Shown here one piece after another: positions 8,574 through 18,361 of a stretch of 56,124 nt of DNA. The stretch's first letter is position 1; every line of letters begins with the position of its first letter. The notes below the pieces were generated by a model. That model was not told where the DNA came from. It did no database searches and worked only from the letters and a program-made list of their open reading frames with translations. A program made the translations under genes and the position numbers. This DNA comes from Candidatus Moraniibacteriota bacterium (GTDB lineage: Bacteria > Patescibacteriota > Minisyncoccia > Moranbacterales > UBA11712): the NCBI GenBank assembly GCA_028695025.1, contig JAQVJV010000004.1, positions 1-56,124 of the forward strand, given 5' to 3'.

Positions 8574-9497
8574 TCACTTCCTCCTCTTCCCGTGAAACGC
8601 CTTGTGCACCTCTTTCAATTGCTTATTAGTAACATGGGTATAGATTTGCGTAGTTGTCACCGAAGAGTGCCCAAGCATCTCCTGAACGCTTCGGATATCA
8701 GCACCATTTTGAATTAAATCAGTCGCAAAAGAATGGCGAAGTGTATGCGGATGCACATCCTTCACGATCCCGGCCTTGGTCGCGTAGTGCTTCACGATCC
8801 GCTGGATCGAACGGGGCGTCAATCTCGAATTATCTCCCTTCCTGTTCTTCTCGATTTGCTTGAGACCGATGCGGACGAATACCGCCGGATCGATGTCGGG
8901 ACGCTTATCAAAATAGCGCTCAAGCGCCGATTTGGCCCGGTCGGAAATGAAAACCACCCGGATTTTCCCGCCTTTTCCGCGCACGCTGAATTCCTGGGTT
9001 TTGAGGTTCACCTGGTCGCGGTTGAGGCTCACGAGCTCTGAAACGCGAAGTCCTGAACTATAAAGAAGTTCCAAAATAGCTCGATCTCGCAGTGACTTGG
9101 GATCAGATCCTCCGGCTACCTGAAAAATCCTATCGATTTCTTCAGATTCCAAAAATTCAACTTCTTTACGCGCAGTTTTCCCAAGTTCTATTTTTTCCGC
9201 GGCAAGAGTTTTCTCATCGCGCTTGGCTAGGTATTTGAGGAAGTTGCGAAGGGCGATGACGTGGTAGTTCTGGGTGATTTTCTTGAGCGGATGGCCTTTC
9301 GCATCTACCGTACGATTGAGTTCCAGCCGGTATTTCCTCACCAGCTCATCCGTGATTTTTTCGGGAGAATTCACTTTCGCCCAACCAAAAAAACGGGTGA
9401 GATAATGGCCATAATTCTCAATCGTCTTCTGGGAACGGTCTTTTTCGATTTCGAGATATTCCAAATATTCGGTTTTCAGTTTTTTCAAGTCTGCCAT
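8574..9497 (-). CDS. xerC: Tyrosine site-specific recombinase XerC/XerD family
   Basis: 307 aa from MADLKKLKTEYLEYLEIEK. Has an SSGLRVSEL Arg box, HTLRHSFATDL and LGHSSVTTTQIYTHV catalytic motifs. TGgTATAAT promoter on the - strand at 9519..9527. Confidence 0.92.
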   Translation of the reverse strand: MADLKKLKTEYLEYLEIEKDRSQKTIENYGHYLTRFFGWAKVNSPEKITDELVRKYRLELNRTVDAKGHPLKKITQNYHVIALRNFLKYLAKRDEKTLAAEKIELGKTARKEVEFLESEEIDRIFQVAGGSDPKSLRDRAILELLYSSGLRVSELVSLNRDQVNLKTQEFSVRGKGGKIRVVFISDRAKSALERYFDKRPDIDPAVFVRIGLKQIEKNRKGDNSRLTPRSIQRIVKHYATKAGIVKDVHPHTLRHSFATDLIQNGADIRSVQEMLGHSSVTTTQIYTHVTNKQLKEVHKAFHGKRRK

Positions 9498-9801
9498 GCT
9501 TTTGCAATATATATTGAAATTATACCAAAATACCCAATTTTTTTGTATCCTGAAAATTTTCTTTATATAAGCTAAATCAAACCAATTTGCACAGTTCGTC
9601 CCCAACTCGTCTTGACAGGGGGAAATAGTATGATAATCTATTAGCCGAATCAAATAACTTTTAGGGATCAGATTCGGAATCGCTTCAGTTTTGATTTTTT
9701 CGAATATTTTCTCGGCCGACTGATCCAAGAGAAAGGCTAAACCTATTAGTAACCAATTCAACGATTTTTCTCGCCATTCTGGCCACAGAAGGAGAGGGAA
9801 G

Positions 9802-10992
9802 TTGCGGACTTTGCTAAAAGGAGATACCCTTCGAAACTTCGCTGGAAAAATCCAGTCTTCCCAGATAAATTTGGCTTCTTGCTTGCGAAAGAAACGTTCT
9901 GCTTGCTTTGTGGCTTCCTGGGTTAGGAAATACGCGGCCACTTTTGTGGTAGTCATTTGTGTTTTGCTGGTCGCCATGATCAACTTTTCTTCAGGAAAAG
10001 AAACGAACGGTAGCCTTTTCGACGTTCTTTCCGGAACCGACAACAGCCTCAATCCGATGAAAAACAAACTGGCCGCCGAAGCTTCCAAAAAGAGAAACCT
10101 GGCTACAGCGCCGTTGGTGAGCTTCAACACAACCATCGGAACTGACGGAGCCAGCAACGAAGATGAATATTATGCCGCTTCCGATTTTATGGATATGTAT
10201 CAGCCGGAGCCGACCATCGACAATCAAATTGTTCTGGCTTCCATCGGCCCCGAAGTGCGCGTCGCGAAGGAAAAAAGAGGCGCACGGACCTACGAAGTGA
10301 AAATGGGTGATACCGCGAGCTCAATCGCCGCCGCCAACGGCGTTTCCACCAGCACCATCCTTTACGCCAATAATCTGTCCGACACATCCCTCTTGAAACC
10401 CGGAGACAAACTCACAATTCTTCCAATCACCGGCGCCAGCTACAAAATCCAGAAAAACGATTCTTTGGTAGCCATTGCCAAGAAGTATAACGCCGATCCG
10501 GAAAAAATCATCGCCTATAACGACTTGCCGGCCGACGGACAATTGCGCGACGGACAAATCCTTCTCATTCCGGACGGATATATCGCGCCGACACCGACCG
10601 CGCCATCCCAAAGCGGAACCCAATTGGCTATTCCCGGAAGCAGTAGCGGATATGCCTCCTCTGCGATACGCTTATCCGGCGGGGGAACCGGACATCGCTT
10701 CCCGTACGGTTACTGCACCTGGTATGTCGCCCAGCGCCGCTATATCCCCTGGGCGGGAAACGCCATATCGTGGCTTTCCAATGCCCGGGCTTATGGAAAA
10801 GCCACAGGAAGAACCCCACAACCGGGAGCAATCATGGTTTCAACCGAATCCCGCTGGGGACACGTTGCTTTGGTTGAATCAGTGAGCGGTTCCAGCTTTA
10901 CTATTTCCGAAATGAACTACCGCGGTTTTGCCAGAAAATCCACCCGGACCCTTTCGGTGAATAGCGGGGTGATAAGAGGGTTTATCTACTAA
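9802..10992 (+). CDS. Secreted peptidoglycan hydrolase, 2x LysM + C-terminal CHAP domain
   Basis: TM anchor, two LysM repeats (YEVKMGDTASSIAAANGVS..., YKIQKNDSLVAIAKKYNAD...), CHAP Cys (YGYCTWYVA) and His (GHVALVESV). TTG start 9 nt after the SD aaggagaggg. Confidence 0.88.
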   Translation: MRTLLKGDTLRNFAGKIQSSQINLASCLRKKRSACFVASWVRKYAATFVVVICVLLVAMINFSSGKETNGSLFDVLSGTDNSLNPMKNKLAAEASKKRNLATAPLVSFNTTIGTDGASNEDEYYAASDFMDMYQPEPTIDNQIVLASIGPEVRVAKEKRGARTYEVKMGDTASSIAAANGVSTSTILYANNLSDTSLLKPGDKLTILPITGASYKIQKNDSLVAIAKKYNADPEKIIAYNDLPADGQLRDGQILLIPDGYIAPTPTAPSQSGTQLAIPGSSSGYASSAIRLSGGGTGHRFPYGYCTWYVAQRRYIPWAGNAISWLSNARAYGKATGRTPQPGAIMVSTESRWGHVALVESVSGSSFTISEMNYRGFARKSTRTLSVNSGVIRGFIY

Positions 10993-11023
10993 GCCTAAAA
11001 CGAAAACCGTAAACCTAAAAACT

Positions 11024-11050
11024 AAAAAACCCGCCGAAGCGGGATTTTTT
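11024..11050. terminator. Bidirectional terminator between convergent genes
   Basis: aaaaaa-cccgc-cgaa-gcggg-atttttt. Confidence 0.7.
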
Positions 11051-13167
11051 CATACCTTTTTGAGTTCCGCGAATTTGATGGAAATTTTTTTCACTCCCGC
11101 TTTTCGAAAAGCAATGGTGATAATATCATTCTCGGTCGAGATGACCACACCCTCGCCGAAAATTTTATGGCTCACGCGCTGGCCATCGGAAAAAGTTTCA
11201 AAGCTACTACTATTTTTACGCCCCGATGAAAACCGAGATATCTCACCTTGAGATGATTGTGTGGAGACTATTAATTCTTCCGGAATATCGTCCAAAAACC
11301 GCGACTCCACATTCACCCGCACCGAGCCGAAAATATTTCTTGTTTCCGCCCAAAGGAGATAAATCCTTCTCTTGGCCCGCGTAATTCCGACATAGGCGAG
11401 GCGCCTTTCCTCTTCCATCTCGCGCATATCAAGAAGGCTCCGCGAGTGGGGAAAGAGACCTTCTTCCATTCCCGCAATAAAAACCGTATCAAACTCAAGA
11501 CCCTTCGCCGCGTGCATCGTCATGAGATGCACCGCTCCCGACTCGGAATCAATATTGTCCGTCGAAGCCATGAGCGCCACTTCTTCCAAAAACAAGTCGA
11601 GCCCGTTTTTTTCCTGATTGTATTTTTCCGCCACTGTGAAAAGTTCCCGCACGTTTTCATACCTCGCTTGCCCAGCTTCGCCTTCGCTCAACAACAATTT
11701 CTGATAACCCGTTTCCGTGAGCACCGAATCCATGAAGTCTGTGAGCGGCACTCTTTGCGATTCTTCTCGGAGTCTTTTAATGAGATCGCTAAATTTAGCA
11801 ATCGCATCAAGCTTGGATGAATTCAGACCTGTATTATTTTCATCCTGCGTAATAGAAACAAGATCGACATTATTCTCCCTAGCCCAGCGAACCCATTTCG
11901 CAAGAGTCTTCGCTCCAATGCCTCGCGGCGGAAGATTGATGATCCGCGCAAGACCGATCTCATCACTAGGATTGTGGATGAATTTGAGAAAAGCGAGGAA
12001 ATCTTTTATTTCCTTCCGTTCATAAAACCTCACTCCGCCAATCACCCGATAGGGAAGCGCCGCTTCAAGAAAAGCCTCCTCGATCGCCCGGGATTGGGCA
12101 TTGGTTCGATAGAGTACCACAAAATCATTGTAGGTGAGAAGCTCGCTTTTCATGATTTTCCGGATTTCACGAATGATGAAGCTTGATTCTTCCTGCTCAT
12201 CGTTCATTTTTCGGACAACAATCCCGTGTTCGCCCTCATTGTCCGTCCAAAGTTTTTTGTCTTTTCGATGGATATTTTGGGAGATGATGCCATGAGCCGC
12301 ATCAAGAATTTTCTGGGTGGAACGATAGTTGCGTTCAAGCCGGATCACTCGCGCCTCGGGATAATCTTTTTCGAAATTGAGAATATTTCGCACATCCGCC
12401 CCCCGGAAGGAATAGATTGACTGCCAATCATCGCCCACCACGCACAAATTGCGATGCCGCTCAGCCAGAAGATTCACAAGAACATACTGGGCATGATTGG
12501 TATCCTGATATTCGTCAACCAGGATATATCGGAAAATATTTTGGTATTTCTCCAAAATATCGGGAAATTGGCGGAAAAGTTCCACCGTTTTTTGAAGAAT
12601 ATCGTCAAAATCAAGCGCGTTGTTTTCTTTGAGAGTTTTCTGATAGGCCTCATAAACCCGCGCCACCATCTCCTCAAAAAAACTTTCGCCGGAAATATAG
12701 TCTTCAACGCTCTGAAGCTCCCCCTTGGCTTTCGAAATGACCGAAAGCATCGCTCGGGGATTGAATTGGTCCTGGCTAATTTCTTTCTCTTTCATTATTT
12801 TCTTCACCAGCGCCAATTGGTCCGAATCGTCGTAGATAACGAAACTTTTTTTGTATCCAAATTTATCAATTTCTGCGCGCAAAATCCGCACTGAAATATG
12901 GTGAAAAGTTCCCATCCACGGCTCTTGGGTGTATTCGCTTCCCAGAAGATCCAGGACGCGCTCCTTCATTTCCTGGGCGGCCTTGTTGGTGAAAGTGACT
13001 GCCAGAATCCGGCGCGGGTTCACCCCTTTTTCCCGTATGAGATAGGCAATCCGATGGGTGAGAAGCCGCGTCTTTCCAGATCCTGCCCCCGCAATCACCA
13101 AAACCGGCCCTTCTGTCGCGAGAACCGCCTCTTTTTGTTCTTCGTTCAAGCCCTTGATTATTTCCAT
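11050..13167 (-). CDS. pcrA: ATP-dependent DNA helicase PcrA/UvrD
   Basis: MEIIKGLNEEQKEAV, Walker A AGAGSGKT, DEYQDTN, and a C-terminal Tudor-like tail. The ATG at 13167 is preferred over the ORF start at 13227. Confidence 0.95.
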   Translation of the reverse strand: MEIIKGLNEEQKEAVLATEGPVLVIAGAGSGKTRLLTHRIAYLIREKGVNPRRILAVTFTNKAAQEMKERVLDLLGSEYTQEPWMGTFHHISVRILRAEIDKFGYKKSFVIYDDSDQLALVKKIMKEKEISQDQFNPRAMLSVISKAKGELQSVEDYISGESFFEEMVARVYEAYQKTLKENNALDFDDILQKTVELFRQFPDILEKYQNIFRYILVDEYQDTNHAQYVLVNLLAERHRNLCVVGDDWQSIYSFRGADVRNILNFEKDYPEARVIRLERNYRSTQKILDAAHGIISQNIHRKDKKLWTDNEGEHGIVVRKMNDEQEESSFIIREIRKIMKSELLTYNDFVVLYRTNAQSRAIEEAFLEAALPYRVIGGVRFYERKEIKDFLAFLKFIHNPSDEIGLARIINLPPRGIGAKTLAKWVRWARENNVDLVSITQDENNTGLNSSKLDAIAKFSDLIKRLREESQRVPLTDFMDSVLTETGYQKLLLSEGEAGQARYENVRELFTVAEKYNQEKNGLDLFLEEVALMASTDNIDSESGAVHLMTMHAAKGLEFDTVFIAGMEEGLFPHSRSLLDMREMEEERRLAYVGITRAKRRIYLLWAETRNIFGSVRVNVESRFLDDIPEELIVSTQSSQGEISRFSSGRKNSSSFETFSDGQRVSHKIFGEGVVISTENDIITIAFRKAGVKKISIKFAELKKV

Positions 13168-13286
13168 AACATATGTATAATAAACCAATTGGACTGAAAT
13201 TCCAATATTTTCCCAATAATATTGCAAAAAAACCCGTTTTATACTATTATAAAAACGTTGAATAACTAACTAAACACATTATTGTT

Positions 13287-13556
13287 ATGACACTTACTAA
13301 GCAGAAAAAGACAAAGATTATTGAAACTTCAAAGACTCACGAAAAAGACACTGGATCTCCTGAAGTGCAGGTTTCCATTTTCACCGAGCAAATCAAAAAA
13401 CTTACCTCGCATCTCAAAAAGAACAAGAAAGACAACCACTCGAGACGGGGGCTTCTTAAAATGGTCTCGAAGCGCAAAAAACTTTTAAGTTACCTCAAAG
13501 GAAAAGATGCCAAGCGATATAAGAAATTAGTGACGAGCTTGGGATTGAAGGAGTAA
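13287..13556 (+). CDS. rpsO: 30S ribosomal protein S15
   Basis: 89 aa; [48 protein letters not shown]. Confidence 0.97.
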   Translation: MTLTKQKKTKIIETSKTHEKDTGSPEVQVSIFTEQIKKLTSHLKKNKKDNHSRRGLLKMVSKRKKLLSYLKGKDAKRYKKLVTSLGLKE

Positions 13557-13575
13557 ATCTAAAAAAACCAAACAT

Positions 13576-14079
13576 ATGCCAATTGGCAAATTTTCAGATC
13601 AAAGGGTGGGAGTTTTGGTGGATATTCAAAATATGTATTACTCCGCCCGGGTTCTTTATAAGAAAAAAGTGAATTTCAAGGAAATTTTGAAAGCGGGTGT
13701 CGCCAACCGCAAACTCATCCGCGCCATTGCCTACGGAATCAAAACCACCGAAGGCCTTGAAAAAAATTTTTTCGACGCGCTCCAAAAATCAGGATATGAA
13801 GTTCGTACCAAAGATCTCCAGATCTTTCCCGGCGGCGCAAAGAAAGGGGACTGGGACGTTGGTATCACGGTGGATGCCATCAAATTGGCCGGACACTTGG
13901 ATGTGATTGTGCTGGTCACCGGGGACGGGGACTATATCCCACTGGTTGAATATCTCCAGAACACCAAAGGCTGCCGCGTGGAAGTGATCGCTTTTTCTGA
14001 ATCGGCTTCCGCAAAACTCATTGAATCCGCCGACGATTTCATCAACTTGAGCGATAGCAAGAAAAAGTTTTTGATATAA
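13576..14079 (+). CDS. NYN/LabA-like predicted ribonuclease
   Basis: VGVLVDIQNMYYSA...VIVLVTGDGDYIPLVEYL...VEVIAF. The acidic-residue pattern is typical of LabA/NYN domains. Confidence 0.8.
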   Translation: MPIGKFSDQRVGVLVDIQNMYYSARVLYKKKVNFKEILKAGVANRKLIRAIAYGIKTTEGLEKNFFDALQKSGYEVRTKDLQIFPGGAKKGDWDVGITVDAIKLAGHLDVIVLVTGDGDYIPLVEYLQNTKGCRVEVIAFSESASAKLIESADDFINLSDSKKKFLI

Positions 14080-14194
14080 TTCATAATTATTTTTTAAATC
14101 CAGCCACGTTCGAGCTGATAACACACAATTGTTTCAATAAATGTTGAATTAATTGCGTGTAATTTGCTTCTAGCGCTGTCTGGAAAATTTATCC

Positions 14195-16300
14195 ATGTCA
14201 GTGAAAAAATTTGAGACCGAAATCGCCGGAAGAAAACTCGTCCTCGAAACGGGCCTTTTGGCCGGACAAGCCAACGCTTCCATAACAGCCCGATACGGCG
14301 ACACCGTAGTCCTTGCCACCGCCGTGATGAGCCGCGCCGCCCGCGAGGGAATGAACTATTTTCCCTTGATGGTGGATTATGAAGAGAAATTCTACGCTTC
14401 CGGAAAAATCAAAGGGAGCCGCTTCATCAAGCGCGAAGGAAGGCCGACCGATGAAGCAGTGCTGAACGGACGCCTCATCGATCGGACATTGCGTCCGCTT
14501 TTCAACCAGCAAATGCGGAACGAGGTGCAAGTCATCATCACCGTCCTTTCCATCGACCAGGAAAATGATCCGGCGCTTGTCGGAACCATTGCCGCTTCCG
14601 CCGCCCTCGCCGTTTCCGATATTCCCTGGAACGGCCCGGTGGGAGCCGTCCGTATCGGAGAAAAAAACGGGGAGATCGTCATCAATCCTTTCAACGGGGA
14701 CCTTGCTTCAAGCGCTTATGACATTTTTGCCTGCGGAGTCGAAGGAAAAATAAACATGATTGAAACCGGCGCCCGAGAAGTTTCGGAAGAAAAAATCTTC
14801 GCCGCTTTTGTTGAAGCGCAAAAAGTCATTGACCAAATCGTCGCATTTATCAACGGCATCCAAAAAGAAATTGGAAAAACCAAGCGGGAAGCCATCATAA
14901 TCGCGCCCGACGAAGGCTTCAAAAAAGAGATTGTCGGTCAATTCTCGGAAAAAATTGCGCCGGCGCTATATCAAAAAGACCACAACATCCAAACCCAAAT
15001 GCAAAACGATCTTTTTGATGAAGTTGCCGCATATGTCAAGGAAAAATATCCGGAAGAAGCAAGCAACAAAAAAGAACTCGCCCTTGCCGCTGTTGACGCG
15101 GAAATGGAAAGGCTGTTCGAGGAAAATGTGCTTGAAAAAGACGAGCGGCCGGACGGACGGAAACTCGACGAGGTGCGCCCCATCTCCTGCCAAGCGGGGC
15201 TCCTTCCCCGCACGCACGGATCCGCGCTTTTCACCCGCGGGGAAACCCAGGTTCTTTCGGTTGTCACCCTCGGCGCTCCCGGAATGGAGCAAATTGTGGA
15301 CACGATGGAGCTCGACGAGAAGAAACGTTTCATGCATCACTATAATTTTCCGCCCTTCTCTGTCGGGGAGGTGCGGCCCATGCGCGGTCCGGGCCGGCGG
15401 GAAATCGGCCACGGAGCGCTCGCCGAAAAAGCGCTTGTTTCCGTTGCGCCTGATAAGGGCAAATTTCCCTATACCATCCGCGTTGTGAGCGAAGTCCTTT
15501 CTTCAAACGGTTCTTCTTCAATGGCCAGCACTTGCGCTTCGAATCTTGCCCTCATGGACGCGGGAGTCCCGACCAAAGCCGTCATCGGCGGAATCTCGGT
15601 CGGAATCGTGGTTGGGAGTGGCGGAAAATACAAACTCCTTTCCGATATCCAAGGGCCTGAAGACCATTTCGGCGGGATGGATTTCAAAATAACCGGGTCA
15701 AAAGAAGGCATCACCGCCATCCAGCTTGACGTGAAAGTCGACGGCCTCACAGCCGATATGATCCGCGATACTCTCGAACAATCCCGCAAAAATCGGATTG
15801 CAATCATCAACATCATGAACGAAACTATCGATGCGCCGCGAGCCGACCTTTCGCCGTATGCGCCGCGCGTCATCACCATCCGCATCAATCCCGACAAGAT
15901 CCGCGATGTCATCGGCCCGGGTGGAAAAGTGATCAACCAGATTATTGATGAAACCGGAGTGGAAATCGATATCGAAGACGACGGGCTTGTGTTCATCACT
16001 TCCGACAATAAAGAAGCGGGAGAAAAAGCTCTCCAGTGGGTGAAAAATCTCACCCATGAAGTTGTTGCCGGGGAAGAATTCAAGGGGCGCATCACTCGCA
16101 TACTCAACTTCGGCGCCTTTGCTGAAATCCTACCGGGACAGGAAGGGCTTGTTCATATTTCGGAAATATCGGAAAAAAGGATCGGGAAAGTGGATGATGT
16201 TCTCAAGGTTGGGCAAATCGTCAACGTGAAAGTGAAAGAGATCGACAATTTGGGAAGGATCAACCTCACTATGCGCGGACTCAAAAATAGTGTAGAATAG
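14195..16300 (+). CDS. pnp: Polyribonucleotide nucleotidyltransferase (PNPase)
   Basis: Two RNase PH domains plus KH (GPGGKVINQI) and S1 (GRITRILNFGAFAEILPGQEGLVHISE). Confidence 0.97.
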   Translation: MSVKKFETEIAGRKLVLETGLLAGQANASITARYGDTVVLATAVMSRAAREGMNYFPLMVDYEEKFYASGKIKGSRFIKREGRPTDEAVLNGRLIDRTLRPLFNQQMRNEVQVIITVLSIDQENDPALVGTIAASAALAVSDIPWNGPVGAVRIGEKNGEIVINPFNGDLASSAYDIFACGVEGKINMIETGAREVSEEKIFAAFVEAQKVIDQIVAFINGIQKEIGKTKREAIIIAPDEGFKKEIVGQFSEKIAPALYQKDHNIQTQMQNDLFDEVAAYVKEKYPEEASNKKELALAAVDAEMERLFEENVLEKDERPDGRKLDEVRPISCQAGLLPRTHGSALFTRGETQVLSVVTLGAPGMEQIVDTMELDEKKRFMHHYNFPPFSVGEVRPMRGPGRREIGHGALAEKALVSVAPDKGKFPYTIRVVSEVLSSNGSSSMASTCASNLALMDAGVPTKAVIGGISVGIVVGSGGKYKLLSDIQGPEDHFGGMDFKITGSKEGITAIQLDVKVDGLTADMIRDTLEQSRKNRIAIINIMNETIDAPRADLSPYAPRVITIRINPDKIRDVIGPGGKVINQIIDETGVEIDIEDDGLVFITSDNKEAGEKALQWVKNLTHEVVAGEEFKGRITRILNFGAFAEILPGQEGLVHISEISEKRIGKVDDVLKVGQIVNVKVKEIDNLGRINLTMRGLKNSVE

Positions 16301-16445
16301 AAACAACCTTTTTTCATAAACCACAAAAACAAAAAACGAAGCGCGATTCTTACGGAATTTCAAATCGACTCTTGTTAGTATAATTTTGTACATTCGTAAA
16401 GATTCGCCTGCCTGCCGATGAGACAGGTAATTCGTAGAGACCCAC

Positions 16446-17669
16446 ATGTTTCAATTCAAAAACGCAGGTCCCAATGCTCTCACTCCCAATATTCCCAACC
16501 AGGTAGCACCCAGCCCGCCGGCAAAAATAAGGACTTTCAAGGAGGATTTGGAAAATTTCCAAAAAACCGGAAAAACTGCTGGCGATGAAGAAATATCCGT
16601 TCCGATGAAAGAATCGAGAAGTACCGCCCAGGAAAATAAGCCGGCCATCCAGGAAAAACCGGAAGAAAAGCCAATGGCTGAAACCAGCTTGTTCAACCAG
16701 GCAAAAAGTGAGCTTCCGCCGGACAGCCCCTTTCAATCCGTTCCTGCTCCGCCGCCATCTTCTGCCATTGCTGGAAACAATGAACTGCCCCTTTCTCAAG
16801 ATAATGCCTCGTCTCAATCTTTCTTCGGAGAAAAACCTGCCGCAACGCCCAAAAGAGAAGATTTGGACAATATTGATATTTCCGGGGATAAGCCCAAAAA
16901 AAGCCACGCCGGCCTATTGTTGTTCATTTTTTTGGTCATGCTGGGCGCCGGAGCCTGCTATTATTGGTTTTTTATCGGGAACAATACTGTCTCCCTTTTT
17001 GGATACACAATCGGAAAAACCATTTCTTTGGAAAGTATCAATCCGGAGCCGGAATCGGAACAGGCGCAAACACCGGAAACGTCATCGACAACGACTGATG
17101 CTCCGGAAGCGCAAAATCAGAACTTCCGCAATTTGGTGGTTGATATGGGCGGAAATGAAAGCCAGCCGATTGCCGCCGCCGCCAAAAGATTTGCCGCTGA
17201 TTTTCTTGCTTCAGCCGAGGACGGCCAGTTGGTGGAAATAAAAGTATCCGGAAAAGACGGCCAGGCAATCGGAAAAGATGATTTTGTTTCCGGATCCAAA
17301 ATCACTGTCCCTGATGCTGTTTTTTCCAAATTGTCTGAAGATTATAGCCTTTTCGCCCGAAAAGAAGAGGATGTGGTGCGGATCGGACTGGTTTTCAAAA
17401 CGGTCACTTCTTCAGGGCTGGCGGAGGAAATGAAGCGATGGGAACCGACAATCGCCAGCAACCTGGAAAATCTTTATGTCGACAGGCCGTCGATTCCCGC
17501 GTCGACCACATTCAGCTCGACCCAATACAAAAGCGCCGACATCCGATATTTCAACTTTTCGAGCCCGAAAGACACCTCTCTTGATTATTCCGTGATTTCC
17601 AATTTCGTCATTATCGGAACATCCAAAGACACCATGCGCGCCATACTGGATTATATGTCGGCAAAATGA
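16446..17669 (+). CDS. Membrane-anchored hypothetical protein
   Basis: 407 aa. Pro/Ala/Ser-rich N-terminus, one TM (AGLLLFIFLVMLGAGACYYWFFI), and a 230-aa extracytoplasmic domain. Confidence 0.7.
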   Translation: MFQFKNAGPNALTPNIPNQVAPSPPAKIRTFKEDLENFQKTGKTAGDEEISVPMKESRSTAQENKPAIQEKPEEKPMAETSLFNQAKSELPPDSPFQSVPAPPPSSAIAGNNELPLSQDNASSQSFFGEKPAATPKREDLDNIDISGDKPKKSHAGLLLFIFLVMLGAGACYYWFFIGNNTVSLFGYTIGKTISLESINPEPESEQAQTPETSSTTTDAPEAQNQNFRNLVVDMGGNESQPIAAAAKRFAADFLASAEDGQLVEIKVSGKDGQAIGKDDFVSGSKITVPDAVFSKLSEDYSLFARKEEDVVRIGLVFKTVTSSGLAEEMKRWEPTIASNLENLYVDRPSIPASTTFSSTQYKSADIRYFNFSSPKDTSLDYSVISNFVIIGTSKDTMRAILDYMSAK

Positions 17670-17813
17670 TATGAATTCAAAGTTCAAAAATAAAAATGCA
17701 AAATGACAGTATAAAGTTGGAAGCTTATAAATGCTGAAATCATTTTAACATTCAATAAATTTTGCATTTTTAACTGTCATTTTTATTTTTTATTTTTACA
17801 TTTTCAATTTTAT

Positions 17814-17842
17814 TTGACCAATCCTTCAAAATCTGCTATACT
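17814..17842 (+). promoter_or_regulatory. Near-consensus sigma70 promoter with no ORF behind it
   Basis: TTGACC (17814..17819), exactly 17 nt, TATACT (17837..17842). Confidence 0.6.
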
Positions 17843-17868
17843 GTATATGTACCTTGAAAAAGCCAAAG

Positions 17869-17921
17869 GTTTACGAGTTCCAATCACAATTTCCCCCTAT
17901 TTGTGATTGGAACTCGTAAAC
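17869..17921 (+). ncRNA. Perfect 21-bp hairpin (candidate small RNA or palindromic element)
   Basis: gtttacgagttccaatcacaa (17869..17889), 11-nt loop tttccccctat, ttgtgattggaactcgtaaac (17901..17921). It starts about 20 nt downstream of the predicted TSS. Confidence 0.45.
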
Positions 17922-18039
17922 TTCCCTATATCTTTTCCCAACGCGGAAAGGGTTCGTCCTTACAATTGTGAGGATTCAAAAACAAAAATAAAAATTTTTG
18001 TCAAAAAATTTTTCAAAAATAAAAATCAAAATTAGGTTC

Positions 18040-18325
18040 CTTTTAAACCGTAGGGAGGTTATACGATAACGCTCGACATATACGCAAAATATATGCCACC
18101 GTATGTACTTGTTCGCGCACTCACCCGGCGCAACGGTTCTCGGTTGACATATTGGTATATGTCAAACACCGGGCGCTGCCGCCACTTAATATATTTTTGC
18201 GGGCGCTTGCGGCGCCCGGTATCAGATAACTTGCCCTGTTAAATTCCGCGTAGCGGAAATTTTTACAGAGTAAAATTATTTAACAGGGTGAATGAATAGA
18301 CAGCCTTCAAGGGCGGTTTTTTTGT
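18040..18325 (+). ncRNA. Unassigned structured RNA candidate (GC-rich core in an AT-rich spacer)
   Basis: 9-bp hairpin at 18144..18165. Mutually exclusive helices: 18168..18176 with 18212..18220, versus 18200..18206 with 18212..18218. Three-way junction with an 11-bp closing stem (18234..18244 / 18278..18288) around two hairpins. T7 tract at 18317..18323. Confidence 0.4.
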
Positions 18326-18333
18326 TGCCAAAA

Positions 18334-18361
18334 TTGACACGGTTTAACACATTGATATAAT
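18334..18361 (+). promoter_or_regulatory. Promoter placing the TSS on the ATG of the next ORF (leaderless)
   Basis: TTGACA (18334..18339), 16-nt spacer with TG, TATAAT (18356..18361). ATG at 18368, 6 nt after the -10. Confidence 0.6.

Noticed and set aside
6541-9497. tRNA-associated genomic island delimited by the tRNA pair and the Xer-type recombinase.
   Set aside because: The recombinase has the housekeeping XerC/D layout. It lies upstream (on the 5' side) of the tRNAs rather than at a tRNA 3' end, and I found no direct repeat of a tRNA 3' segment.
9498-9801. Possible c-di-AMP (ydaO-type) or other riboswitch in the 300-nt region upstream of the LysM-CHAP hydrolase.
   Set aside because: Only short look-alike words are present (gggggaaa, gccgaatc, ttcggaatcgc). 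I could not reconstruct the pseudo-symmetric ydaO architecture or its conserved ACGGGG/CCCGAAUCC blocks. A covariance-model scan would settle it.
9498-10157. N-terminal 220-aa extension of the Xer recombinase ORF (track ORF 8574..10157).
   Set aside because: The recombinase is complete from MADLKK (ATG 9497), with its own TGgTATAAT promoter at 9519..9527. The extension overlaps the LysM-CHAP gene on the other strand and has no recombinase-like sequence.
17686-17800. The AT-rich words aaaatgcaaaa/ttttgcatttt and atgacagt/actgtcat as a simple terminator hairpin.
   Set aside because: The complementary words occur in the same order (X Y ... X' Y'), not nested, so they cannot form one hairpin. 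This is probably low-complexity repeat vocabulary, noted only as context.
17869-17921. The 21-bp perfect hairpin as an integron attC site or a CRISPR repeat.
   Set aside because: Its ends (GTTTACG / CGTAAAC) do not fit the RYYYAAC / GTTRRRY cores. It is a single copy in the window, with no spacers, no integrase and no cas genes nearby.
18093-18239. 48-aa Arg/Cys-rich ORF (MPPYVLVRALTRRNGS...) inside the structured spacer.
   Set aside because: It has no SD or leaderless promoter geometry, and its composition simply mirrors the GC-rich helices. RNA structure is the more likely explanation.
18040-18325. Assignment of the structured spacer to RNase P RNA, tmRNA, SRP RNA or 6S RNA.
   Set aside because: It lacks GGAAAGUCC-type RNase P motifs, a tRNA-like 3' end with a resume-codon tag, the SRP helix-8 GGAA/AGCA motif, and the long bulged 6S hairpin. 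It is left as an unassigned candidate.
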